From Actinomycetota bacterium (GTDB lineage Bacteria; Actinomycetota; Actinomycetes; S36-B12), in contig DMPC01000164.1 of the NCBI GenBank assembly GCA_003456155.1, positions 1,378 to 65,377 on the forward strand: 64,000 nt of DNA, read 5' to 3'. Under the pieces are notes generated by a model. The model was not told the origin of the DNA. It did not search any database and saw only the letters and a program-made list of their open reading frames with translations. This document shows positions 44,633 through 53,457 of this stretch, piece by piece. Each line of letters starts with the position of its first letter. Position 1 is the stretch's first letter. The position numbers and the translations under genes are program-made.

Positions 44633-44690
44633 TTTGAGACGTCCGGAACGTAGGTCGTTCTCAGCCTGAGACGTTCTGGTAACGAACTGG
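44633..44690. promoter_or_regulatory. Imperfect 32-bp direct repeat with a TGAGACGT core, plus the 13-bp palindrome TCTCAGcCTGAGA (candidate upstream activating/operator region)
   Basis: TTTGAGACGT at 44633 and CCTGAGACGT at 44665. Palindrome at 44659-44671. GTTC-N7-GAAC at 44674-44688. The region lies 85-140 bp upstream of the SDR start at 44548. Confidence 0.35.
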
Positions 44691-44776
44691 TCACGGGCCT
44701 GGGCCGTGGTGCCGGCAGGCTGGGCTCCCCCACCCTCGGGAGGCCGATGGGGGCGTGACCTACTGCTCGGGGAGGT

Positions 44777-46579
44777 TCAGGACAAACGGTAGGTCTTGAT
44801 CTTGCGGTAGAGCGTTGCGCGCGAGACACCCAGTTCCTCGGCAGCCGTGCTCTTGTTCCCGTGGCATCGGGCGAGGGCGTTCACGATCGCCTGTCGCTCC
44901 AGGCGCTCGATTTCGCCAAGCTTCCTGCGATCGATGAGTCGCATATCCGTCGGGAGATCACCGACACCGGTGGTGCCGTGCGGATCCGCAGTCCTCGTCA
45001 TCTGCACAAAACGCTTCAATTGCTTGAGATTGCCCGGCCAGGCATATGAACGCAGGGTCTGCATCGCATCTGGGGTCAACTGCAGGGGGCTTACTCCCAG
45101 TTGCTCCGCAAAGCGATACAGGAGACAGGCGAGGTCTCCGGTCCGGTCCTGCACGCGGGGCAGGGTGATGATGTGGGCAGCGAGGAGATCCTGAAGGGCT
45201 TGATTGATCTCGACGACATCGGGGTCACCCGCGAGGGTCGACAGAATCTGACGACCCTCGATGCGACTCGCTTCTTCGATCAGGGTCGCCAGAATCTCAG
45301 CAGCATGCTCACCCAGGGCATTCACGTGCTCTACGAGAATGGTTCCTGGTTCACGCAGGTACTCCCGCGCATGGGCCAACCACCGACGCGTGCCCGAGAT
45401 GTCCGCTAGGTCAGCGTTGAGGACGATCAGGGGTGTTGACGGGTGGGTGCACTCGTGCAGCGCTCGGGCGAACTCGGCCTTGCCCGAGCCTCTTTCCCCA
45501 GCGATGAGGACGGGAGCCTGCACATCCACCGCGTTCAGTACCGGATCAAGAAGTGTGTCCCACACACTGTCGTGAGCGCACACGCGATCACGCAGCTCGA
45601 CGAGCAGCTCCGACCGTGAGTCTGTCGGGGCATTGTGGTCGTCAGGATCCTCGGCCAGGACAAGCCTGACGAGGGTGCCCACTTCAAGTTCCTCATCATT
45701 CACCGACCTGACCGTCGCAAATGCATGGCGACCACCGGGGAGCTCAACGGCGTCACCGGAAGACGTCTTGCCCCCTTCTCTTTGAGCGAGGCTCCACAGA
45801 ATCTCTGGGTCTGCCTCACCAAGCAGATCCGCACCCTGGGCATTGGCAATGACGTAATTGTCGCCGAACATCAACGTGGGATGACGGGAGTTTCGCGTCG
45901 CCGCGCGGAACTCATGGAATGCCCGCTTGTCCTGGCGCTCACTGGCACTGGTGATTCGCTCAGCGACCTGCGCTGACGTCGTCGCCACGAACGGAAGCAT
46001 GAGGGGACTTGAGTCCTTCACCCGGCAGACGAAGGTCAGCACCCCCTCAAGCCGCCCGGTGCGGGGATGAACGATCGGCGCCCCGTAGCACGCATAGTCC
46101 ACAAAGAGATCCGCGTAGTGCTCGGGCCCGATGACGGCATAGGGACGCAGTTCCTCGATGACGCTCCCCAGACCATTGGTGCCGATGACCTCTTCGCTCA
46201 GGGAGAAGCCAGGGGCCGAGTTGGTCCGATCCATGAGCCGTGTCAGGGCCTTTTGGCCGACCCACCTTCCGATGATGATGCCGTCGCGGTCAGCAAGCAG
46301 GAGAGCTGTGGACATGTCCGCCAGATGGCGTGACATGTCATCGAGAATCGGCTGAGCGGCGTGGAGCAACTTCGTCCGTGACCCGATGGACGACTTGAGG
46401 GGCAGTTCGCGCCGGCTTGGGTCTACGCCGAACTGGGCGCTGCGCAGCCAACTCGTCGCGATGACGCTGCGGACGGCCTCGGAGCCCCCCTCGAGGAGCC
46501 GCTCGTGGTCCCCGCTGAGAAAGCGATCACGCGCCCTGGCGGTCTGACGCAGGCCATCGGCATTGATAGCCGTGCTCAT
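44777..46579 (-). CDS. bEBP-like transcriptional regulator (GAF-type sensor + degenerate AAA+ + Fis-type HTH); paralog of 24617-26419
   Basis: Track ORF 44777..46618. Start probably Met14 (MSTAINADG). Sensor EEVIGTNGLGS, Walker A GERGSGKA, no GAFTGA. The Walker B position reads TILVEHV. HTH is GNKSTAAEELGVSRATLYRKI. Confidence 0.8.
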   Translation of the reverse strand: MSTAINADGLRQTARARDRFLSGDHERLLEGGSEAVRSVIATSWLRSAQFGVDPSRRELPLKSSIGSRTKLLHAAQPILDDMSRHLADMSTALLLADRDGIIIGRWVGQKALTRLMDRTNSAPGFSLSEEVIGTNGLGSVIEELRPYAVIGPEHYADLFVDYACYGAPIVHPRTGRLEGVLTFVCRVKDSSPLMLPFVATTSAQVAERITSASERQDKRAFHEFRAATRNSRHPTLMFGDNYVIANAQGADLLGEADPEILWSLAQREGGKTSSGDAVELPGGRHAFATVRSVNDEELEVGTLVRLVLAEDPDDHNAPTDSRSELLVELRDRVCAHDSVWDTLLDPVLNAVDVQAPVLIAGERGSGKAEFARALHECTHPSTPLIVLNADLADISGTRRWLAHAREYLREPGTILVEHVNALGEHAAEILATLIEEASRIEGRQILSTLAGDPDVVEINQALQDLLAAHIITLPRVQDRTGDLACLLYRFAEQLGVSPLQLTPDAMQTLRSYAWPGNLKQLKRFVQMTRTADPHGTTGVGDLPTDMRLIDRRKLGEIERLERQAIVNALARCHGNKSTAAEELGVSRATLYRKIKTYRLS

Positions 46580-46856
46580 CGTCGCCCCCTCTCCGGAGGG
46601 TCGTGCACCGGCTTCCACGTCCCTCTGGGCCGTGGTGAGTTCCTCTTCTGGGTGGCTGACCGGGGCACATCACCGCCTTGGGGATCATCCTCGGGGCAGA
46701 GTCCACCCCGGGCGCTGTCTCATCTCAGGACAGGGTCTGGATGGTCGTCCCCGACTCGGCACCGGCCGGGGGGCGCACAGGCGCCCTTCCCGGATTTACC
46801 CAGGGAGGACTCCACTCCCGCATCCCTTGAACGAGGACATCCAGCAGGCTCACCGT

Positions 46857-47108
46857 CTACTCGTCTCGCCGGCGTGCCCTCCATACGAGGACGACAGCGA
46901 CAGCGGCAACAGCCACGCCCACGACAGAAATGACGACTGGTGCCATCCTTCGCGAGGTCTCGATAGCGTGCTCCGCACGCACCAGGGCCTCATCCGTGAC
47001 CCCGAGGACGGCATCGGTGCGATCGAGGGCCTCTCGAACCCGGCCCAACTCGTGGCGCAGGTCCGTGACGTGCCCGTGCCCGTTCTCCATGACCTCAAGG
47101 ATCGCCAT
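46857..47108 (-). CDS. Small hypothetical tail-anchored membrane protein (83 aa)
   Basis: ATG is preceded by GGAGG at 7 nt. The N-terminal half looks charged and helical. A single C-terminal TM segment (APVVISVVGVAVAAVAVVLVW) is followed by RARRRDE. No family recognised. Confidence 0.5.
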   Translation of the reverse strand: MAILEVMENGHGHVTDLRHELGRVREALDRTDAVLGVTDEALVRAEHAIETSRRMAPVVISVVGVAVAAVAVVLVWRARRRDE

Positions 47109-47160
47109 GTCGTGCCTCCGATCGTTCGCCGTGACGCCCAGTGACCGTTCGCGATGGCGG

Positions 47161-48285
47161 TTAGCTGGCCAGTCGGTCGGCCAGCTCGCTGCGAAGTTCA
47201 GCGTACCCCGGCTTGATCCGGTGATTGATCAGTTCAAGTCGTTCCTCGAAGGGCAGGAATGCGCTCTTCATGGCGTTGATCGTGAACCACTGCAGGTCGT
47301 CCAGTCCGTAGCCGAAAGCCTCGCTCAGCAGCTGCATCTCCCTGGTCATCGAGGTCCCGGACATGAGTCGGTTGTCGGTGTTGACCGTGACGCGGAAGCC
47401 AAGCCGGCGCAGCAGTCCGATGGGATGCTCGCCAATGCTCGCCGCAGCGCCTGTCTGGACGTTGGATGACGGGCACATCTCCAGGGGTATGCGGCGATCA
47501 CGCACGTACGACGCTAGTCGGCCGAGCTTGGCATGCCCGTCGGCATCGATCTCGATGTCGTCGACGATACGAACACCGTGGCCGAGCCGATCCGCGCCGC
47601 ACCACTGGATCGCCTCCCAGATGCTGGGGAGCCCGAAGGCCTCCCCCGCGTGGATAGTGAAGTGAGCGTTCTCCTTGCGCAGATACTCGAACGCGTCAAG
47701 GTGACGCGTCGGCGGGAATCCCGCCTCGGCGCCCGCGATGTCGAAGCCCACGACTCCCTCATCCCGGAACTCAACAGCCAGCTCAGCGATCTGGCGGGAG
47801 TGCGTGGCGGTGCGCATGGCCGTCAGGAGGGCGCCGATGCGGATCGGGTGCCCCTGCGCAGCGGCGCGGGCCTGACCCTCCTCGAACCCGACCAGCACCT
47901 CACGAACGACCTGGCGCTCAGTCAGCCCGCGCTGGAGATGCAGCTCAGGGGCGAAGCGAACCTCCGCGTACACCACGCCATCAGCCGCCAGATCCTCCGC
48001 GCACTCCCGGGACACCCGACGCAGCGCCTCGGGAGTCTGGGTGACCCCTACCGTGTGGCGGAAGGTCTCCAGGTACCGCTCCAGGGAGCCCGAGAATGCT
48101 GCCTCGGCGAACCAGCTCCCGAGGGACTCGGCGTCGTGCGCGGGCAGGTCGGCGTACCCGCTCTCGGCAGCCAGATCCAGGATCGTCTGGGGCCGGAGAC
48201 CACCATCGAGGTGATCGTGCAGCAGCACCTTGGGTGCGCGGGCGATGAGGTCCTCAGGTACGGGGGCGACGCGTCCGGCTTCCAC
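47161..48285 (-). CDS. add: Adenosine deaminase
   Basis: 374 aa. Motifs [21 protein letters not shown] and [14 protein letters not shown]. Confidence 0.9.
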   Translation of the reverse strand: MEAGRVAPVPEDLIARAPKVLLHDHLDGGLRPQTILDLAAESGYADLPAHDAESLGSWFAEAAFSGSLERYLETFRHTVGVTQTPEALRRVSRECAEDLAADGVVYAEVRFAPELHLQRGLTERQVVREVLVGFEEGQARAAAQGHPIRIGALLTAMRTATHSRQIAELAVEFRDEGVVGFDIAGAEAGFPPTRHLDAFEYLRKENAHFTIHAGEAFGLPSIWEAIQWCGADRLGHGVRIVDDIEIDADGHAKLGRLASYVRDRRIPLEMCPSSNVQTGAAASIGEHPIGLLRRLGFRVTVNTDNRLMSGTSMTREMQLLSEAFGYGLDDLQWFTINAMKSAFLPFEERLELINHRIKPGYAELRSELADRLAS

Positions 48286-48406
48286 GCACCGAACCTAGCC
48301 CATCACCTCTCACCGCCGAGAAGCAGCGAGTGGTCGCGTAGGAGGTGATTCCCTCGGCGTGTCGCGACCCCTGGCTGCCTCTCGGCGGACGCGGGGTGAG
48401 AACGGG

Positions 48407-49270
48407 ATGGCACGCTACAGTCCGGCGGTGATCAGCATCGTCTTCGGTCTCGGCACGGCGGTCTGCTTCGCCAGCAGCTCCCTGTTCTCCTCCCGGGCCG
48501 TCCGCATGATCGGGCCCTGGTCGGTCGCCGCGTGGACCATGCTCATCGGCCTGCTGCTGAGCCTGCCGTTCGTCGTCCTGGCCGGAATCCCGGAGGACCT
48601 GGGCGACCATGTGGGCTGGATGCTGCTCGCCGGAGCCGGCAACGTCACGGGCCTCGTACTCGCCGCGGCCGCTTTCCGCGTCGGCAAGGTTGGCGTGGCC
48701 ACCCCGATCCTGGCCACCGAGGGTGCAGTCGCCGCCGTGGCGGCCGCCATTCTGGGTGAGAGCATCGCGCCCATTGTCGCCCTGCTTCTCATGGCCATCG
48801 TGCTCGGCATCGTCATCTCCGCGACCGCTCCGGATCCCGAGCCCCTCCCTCATGAGCGACCCGTGCTGACCGTGGTGCTGTCCAGCGCGGGGGCACTCGC
48901 CTTCGGCCTCTCGCTCTACGCCACCGGCACGATCAGCGACGACCTCCCGATCGCCTGGGTGCTGCTCCCCGCTCGCGTCGTCGGAGTCGTGGCCCTCGCC
49001 ATACCCCTGCTCATCCTCGGTCGCCTGCTGCTCACCCGGAGGGCGCTTCCCCTCGTGGGAGCCATGGGCGTCCTGGAAGTCGTCGGCTTCGTCCTCTTCG
49101 CCATCGGAGCCCAGTACCAGGTCGCCGTGACCTCAGTGATGGCCTCCCAGTTCGCGCCGATCGCAGCCTTGCTGGCCTATTTCATCTTCCGGGAGAAACT
49201 GGGACGGCTGCAGATCACCGGCGTGGCGATCCTGGTGGTCTCCGTGACTGCGCTCACCCTCGTCAGCTGA
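48407..49270 (+). CDS. EamA/DMT-family transporter
   Basis: Track ORF 48359..49270. Start moved to Met17. About 10 hydrophobic segments in two EamA-like halves. Confidence 0.7.
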   Translation: MARYSPAVISIVFGLGTAVCFASSSLFSSRAVRMIGPWSVAAWTMLIGLLLSLPFVVLAGIPEDLGDHVGWMLLAGAGNVTGLVLAAAAFRVGKVGVATPILATEGAVAAVAAAILGESIAPIVALLLMAIVLGIVISATAPDPEPLPHERPVLTVVLSSAGALAFGLSLYATGTISDDLPIAWVLLPARVVGVVALAIPLLILGRLLLTRRALPLVGAMGVLEVVGFVLFAIGAQYQVAVTSVMASQFAPIAALLAYFIFREKLGRLQITGVAILVVSVTALTLVS

Positions 49271-49295
49271 TGTCGCCTACGCCGACGACTCTTCG

Positions 49296-49676
49296 TCACT
49301 CCACCGGATCGCGGTCGTACTCGTCGTCATCCTCCCGGTGCACGAGGTCACCGTGGAAGGCCGGCAGGCAGACTGCGATGTAGCGTGCACCCTCCGACGT
49401 CGTGTACCGGATCCGCTCCCCCGCCCGAGTGATGATCGCCTGCCCTGAACGGACGTGGACGACGCCATCGTCATGCTCGACGTCGATCGAGCCCTCGAGG
49501 ACCACGGTGAACTCGTCGAACTCGGGCTCCTGGGCAGGCTCCTCCCATCCCGCGGGAGCGAGCATCTGTGCCACGGACACCGCATCGTCACCACTCGATG
49601 CGTGCCCCACGTACTCCTCGATGACCTTGCCGCCGGGGACGGGAACGATTGCAGGACCGGGAATCAGCTCGGGCAT
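49296..49676 (-). CDS. Cupin-domain protein
   Basis: 126 aa. Small beta-barrel-type sequence (FTVVLEGSIDVEHDDGVVHVRSGQAII). Lies 12 nt downstream of the Gfo/Idh/MocA gene. Confidence 0.6.
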   Translation of the reverse strand: MPELIPGPAIVPVPGGKVIEEYVGHASSGDDAVSVAQMLAPAGWEEPAQEPEFDEFTVVLEGSIDVEHDDGVVHVRSGQAIITRAGERIRYTTSEGARYIAVCLPAFHGDLVHREDDDEYDRDPVE

Positions 49677-49688
49677 GTCTCTCCTCGT

Positions 49689-50690
49689 TCAGATGACGGA
49701 AACCGGATGTGCGGGGATGCCGGCAGCCGTATAGAGCTCGTCGATCGTCTGCATGTTCTGGACCGCATCGTCACCGTCGGTGATCATCGGGACTCCCTCG
49801 CGAACCAGCCGAGCCATCGCCTCGAGCTGGTAGGTGTAGGTCGATCGCGTGCCATGCTGCTCCACCCGCTGCTGGGTGCCGACGGTGACGATGACACGGT
49901 CGTCCGTCTGAGGCAGGACGAATGCCGGGGCGAAGACCTCGCCCCGCGTGCCCACGATCCGCAACGAGAAGTCCCAGGCTCCGTGGGTCATCGACGACTC
50001 CAGGTGAGCCGGGACGCCGTTCGGGAACTCCAGGTCACCGGCGATCCAGGCATCCACGCCGGGATGCTCCGGCAGCGATCCCCCCGCCGCCCGGATGACC
50101 CGGGGCTCGCCACCCATCAGCGGAGCGAGGTCGCGAATTCCGTGGACGGCGTAGCAGCCGACATCCATGAGGCTTCCCCCGGCGAGGGCACCGATCCATC
50201 GAGGGTCCCCCGCCCCCGGAGGTGGCATCAGCATCCGCGCATCCACGTAGGTGATGTCGCCGATCTCCCCACTCGCTGCGACCTCGAGCAACCGGTTCAT
50301 CACCGGGTGGTATCGGTAGTGGAACGCCTCGATGACGTGCATCCCTGCCGCAGCGGCTGCGTCCCGCACTCGTCGAGCCTCGTCGACATTGCTCGCATAG
50401 GGCTTCTCGGTCAGGACGTGCTTGCCTGCCGCGATGGCGCGCAAGTTCCAGGGCCCGTGCAATCCATTGGGCAGGGGGTTGTAGACAACCTCGACCTCTG
50501 GGTCGTGGATGACTTCGTCGTAGGAGCTGACCACCCTCTCCACGCCCGATTCGGCCGCGAAGGCCTCCGCGCGACCATGGTCACGCGCTGCTGTGACGAC
50601 CAGACGAGCGCCTGTGGCACGTGCCGGCTCGACGATGGCGGAACCGCTGATGCGAGCAGCGCCCAGGACGCCGATCCGCAGCGGCTCCAT
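49689..50690 (-). CDS. Gfo/Idh/MocA-family NAD(P)-dependent oxidoreductase
   Basis: 333 aa. N-terminal Rossmann LRIGVLGAARISGSAIVEP. EKP motif LTEKPYASN. Confidence 0.8.
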   Translation of the reverse strand: MEPLRIGVLGAARISGSAIVEPARATGARLVVTAARDHGRAEAFAAESGVERVVSSYDEVIHDPEVEVVYNPLPNGLHGPWNLRAIAAGKHVLTEKPYASNVDEARRVRDAAAAAGMHVIEAFHYRYHPVMNRLLEVAASGEIGDITYVDARMLMPPPGAGDPRWIGALAGGSLMDVGCYAVHGIRDLAPLMGGEPRVIRAAGGSLPEHPGVDAWIAGDLEFPNGVPAHLESSMTHGAWDFSLRIVGTRGEVFAPAFVLPQTDDRVIVTVGTQQRVEQHGTRSTYTYQLEAMARLVREGVPMITDGDDAVQNMQTIDELYTAAGIPAHPVSVI

Positions 50691-50693
50691 CGA

Positions 50694-50888
50694 CTAGTCC
50701 TTGCCGAGGGAGAAGACGGCGTAAAGGCCGAACAGGAAGAGGAGCCCGCCGGGAATGAGAGCCGAGACGGTGTCCCCGCCGTTCATGGTGCCGATGCCGA
50801 GCACCACCAGCGCAGCGAGGATGAGGAGCATCACGATTGCTCCGACCGAGGCCTGCTTGTTGTCGCTGTGCTCGCTGTGCTCGCTCAC
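50694..50888 (-). CDS. Small hypothetical two-TM membrane protein (64 aa)
   Basis: GTG start preceded by GGAGGAG at 5 nt. Two hydrophobic segments. Wedged between the ABC ATPase and the oxidoreductase on the same strand. Confidence 0.5.
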   Translation of the reverse strand: MSEHSEHSDNKQASVGAIVMLLILAALVVLGIGTMNGGDTVSALIPGGLLFLFGLYAVFSLGKD

Positions 50889-50950
50889 GTCTCTCCTCCA
50901 CGTGGTCTGCCGCTCGTTGCGCAGCGGCCTTCCCCCCCATCGTAGGGCCC

Positions 50951-52477
50951 TCAGGTGTGGGCGTCGCCGCCAGCCATGAGTCGCCCGATCCGGGCCCGGT
51001 CCACGTCGGCGGAAGCCATCTGCGCCACCAGCTCGCCGCCGTACATGACGGCCACTCGATCCGCCAGGCCGAGCACCTCGTCCAGCTCTGCCGAGACGAG
51101 GAGGACGGCCGCGCCACGGTCGCGGGCCTCGATGATCCGCGAGTGGATGAACTCGATCGACCCGACATCGACGCCCCGCGTCGGCTGAGATGCGATCAGC
51201 AGGTCCGGCTTCGCTGCCAGCTCACGGGCGATCACGACCTTCTGCTTGTTGCCACCGGAGAGTGACTCGACCGTGGTGGCGATGGACGGGGTGCGCACGT
51301 CAAACTCATCAACCAGGCCCACCGCCAGCGCATCGACCGCCGCTCGGTTGCGCACGCCTCGCGAAGCGAACTCCGCCTCGTCGAATCGATTGAGCACCAT
51401 GTTGTCGGCAATCGAATAGGGCCCGACGAGTCCGTCCTTCTCGCGGTCCTCAGGCACGTGCCCCACGCCCATGGCGTGTATGGCATGCGGAGTCGCACCC
51501 GCGATTGAGCGTCCTGCCACGGTCATGGTGGAGGAGCTGGACGGCCTGAGTCCTGTGAGAGCCTCGACCAGCTCGCGCTGTCCGTTCCCCTCGACCCCGG
51601 CGATTCCGAGGATCTCCCCGGCCCGCACCTGGAGGCTCACATCGCGAACGGCAGGCAGGCCGAGATCGTTGTTCGCGCTGAGTCCGGCCACGTCGAGGAT
51701 GACGTCCCCCGGTGTCGCCGCATTCTTGGCCACCGTCAGCAGCACGCTTCGTCCCACCATCATCTGCGCGAGTCCCGCTTGATCGGTCTCTGCCGGGACG
51801 GTCGTGCCGACGACCTTGCCGTCGCGCAGCACCTCGATGGAGTCCGCCACCGCGAGCACCTCACGAAGCTTGTGCGTGATGAAGATGACGGCCACGCCGG
51901 AGTCTGCGAAGGCACGCATCGTCTTCAGCAGTTCATCGGTCTCCTGAGGAGTCAGCACCGCAGTGGGCTCGTCCATAATGAGGATGCCCGCCTTGCGATA
52001 GAGCGCCTTCAGGATCTCGACTCGTTGCTGTGCACCTACCGGGAGGTCCGCCACCCGCGCATCGACATCGACCTGCAGCCCGTACTCCTCGGCCAGCCGT
52101 GCGACATCCTCGCGAGCCTTGCGCATGTTGACGAAGGGCCACCGCCGCGGCTCGTCACCGAGGACCACGTTCTCAGCCACCGTGAACACCGGCACGAGCT
52201 GGAAGTGCTGATGCACCATCCCGATGCCCGCGCGGATGGCGTCGCGCGAGCTCGAGAAGCTGACCGGCGTGCCATGGACGAGGATCTCGCCCTCATCCGG
52301 GGTGTAGAGCCCGTAGATCATCTTCACGAGGGTGCTCTTGCCGGCACCGTTCTCCCCGAGCAGTGCAACGATCTGACCGGACCGGACAGTCAGGGAGACG
52401 TCCTCGTTCGCCACGACGCCCGGAAACCGCTTCGTCAGGCCCCGTGCCTCGAGCACGATTTCGCCGATGTCTGTCAT
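50951..52477 (-). CDS. ABC transporter ATP-binding protein (double NBD) of the BMP-family nucleoside importer
   Basis: 508 aa. Walker A GENGAGKST. Second-half signature LSGGNKQKVVIAREL. Confidence 0.9.
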   Translation of the reverse strand: MTDIGEIVLEARGLTKRFPGVVANEDVSLTVRSGQIVALLGENGAGKSTLVKMIYGLYTPDEGEILVHGTPVSFSSSRDAIRAGIGMVHQHFQLVPVFTVAENVVLGDEPRRWPFVNMRKAREDVARLAEEYGLQVDVDARVADLPVGAQQRVEILKALYRKAGILIMDEPTAVLTPQETDELLKTMRAFADSGVAVIFITHKLREVLAVADSIEVLRDGKVVGTTVPAETDQAGLAQMMVGRSVLLTVAKNAATPGDVILDVAGLSANNDLGLPAVRDVSLQVRAGEILGIAGVEGNGQRELVEALTGLRPSSSSTMTVAGRSIAGATPHAIHAMGVGHVPEDREKDGLVGPYSIADNMVLNRFDEAEFASRGVRNRAAVDALAVGLVDEFDVRTPSIATTVESLSGGNKQKVVIARELAAKPDLLIASQPTRGVDVGSIEFIHSRIIEARDRGAAVLLVSAELDEVLGLADRVAVMYGGELVAQMASADVDRARIGRLMAGGDAHT

Positions 52478-52482
52478 CCCGG

Positions 52483-53457
52483 TCAGTCCTTCTCATACGG
52501 CTTGCCCACAGCCGCGGGCGGAGAGATCCGACCGGAGACCGCGGCGAGCAGGACGATGGTGAGCACGTACGGCAGCATGTTCACGAACTGAGGCGGGATC
52601 GCCAGCACCTCGTCGGCCTGGAGCTGGCTGGCGACGCCCTGCGTGAGGCCGAAGAAGATGGCCGCGAACATCGCCCCCAGCGGGTTCCACGCACCGAAGA
52701 TCATGATGGCCAGCGCCGTGAATCCGCGTCCGGCCGTGAAGCCCCGCTCGAAGGTGCCTGCAGCCTCGAGCGCGAGGTAGGCGCCGGCGAGACCGGCAAG
52801 GCCACCGGCGAAGGTCACGTTCACGAAGCGAAGTCGCTGCACCCCGATGCCGGAGGTGTCGGCAGCGCTCGGCTTCTCGCCGACGGACCGGGTCCGCAGA
52901 CCCCAGATGGTCCTGAAGAGCAGTCCCCACAGGACGATCGAGATGATGATCGCCGCATAGGTGAACAGGCCGTTGTTGAACAGGACCGGTCCGACCAGCG
53001 GGATGTCGGCCAGCAGCGGGATGCGCACAGTCGGCGTCACGCCGGGCAGGACGTAGCCCTGCGCATAGAGGAAGCTGGTCAGTCCTGTGGCGAGGATGTT
53101 GATGATCGTGCCGGCAATGATCTGGTCCATCTTCCAGGTCACTGCCCCGACGGCGAGGAAGCCGCCCATGATCATGCCGGTGCCGATTCCGATGAGGGTG
53201 CCGAGGATCAGGTTTCCGGTGATCGCCGCGCCGAAGAATCCCGCGAAGGCGCTCATCAGCATCTGGCCCTCGATGCCGATGTTGATGACTCCCGATCGCT
53301 CGCAGATGATGCCGACCATCGCCGCGAGGATGAGAGGCACGGCGTACCGCAGCGAGAAGGACAGGACGGAGACGGTGCGGATCTCGTCCATGAAGAAGGC
53401 GACGACGATCCCGGCGACGATGACGCCACCAAGGATGTATGCCCAGCGCGCGCTCAC
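52483..53457 (-). CDS. ABC transporter permease (BMP/nucleoside importer, TMD 2)
   Basis: C-terminal 324 aa of track ORF 52483..54690. GTG at codon 412 overlaps the upstream TGA. Begins VSARWAYILGGVIVAGIVVAFF and is polytopic. Confidence 0.8.
   Translation of the reverse strand: MSARWAYILGGVIVAGIVVAFFMDEIRTVSVLSFSLRYAVPLILAAMVGIICERSGVINIGIEGQMLMSAFAGFFGAAITGNLILGTLIGIGTGMIMGGFLAVGAVTWKMDQIIAGTIINILATGLTSFLYAQGYVLPGVTPTVRIPLLADIPLVGPVLFNNGLFTYAAIIISIVLWGLLFRTIWGLRTRSVGEKPSAADTSGIGVQRLRFVNVTFAGGLAGLAGAYLALEAAGTFERGFTAGRGFTALAIMIFGAWNPLGAMFAAIFFGLTQGVASQLQADEVLAIPPQFVNMLPYVLTIVLLAAVSGRISPPAAVGKPYEKD

Noticed and set aside
44549-44776. A sigma-54 type -24/-12 promoter (GG-N10-GC, TGGCAC-N5-TTGC) downstream of the bEBP-like regulators, e.g. 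GGCAAACCGAAGCATTCTTGC on the minus strand.
   Set aside because: The GG/GC spacing is off by one and the consensus match is poor. The regulators lack the GAFTGA sigma-54 contact loop, and Actinobacteria generally lack RpoN.
46580-46856. A 277-bp non-coding gap examined for a tRNA, sRNA or att site marking the island boundary.
   Set aside because: No tRNA-like cloverleaf features (no GTTCGAATC-type T-arm) and no repeats matching the other island edge. Only short hairpins are present (e.g. GGGCGC-acag-GCGCCC near 46775). It is most likely the promoter/leader of the regulator plus the 3' UTR of the small ORF.
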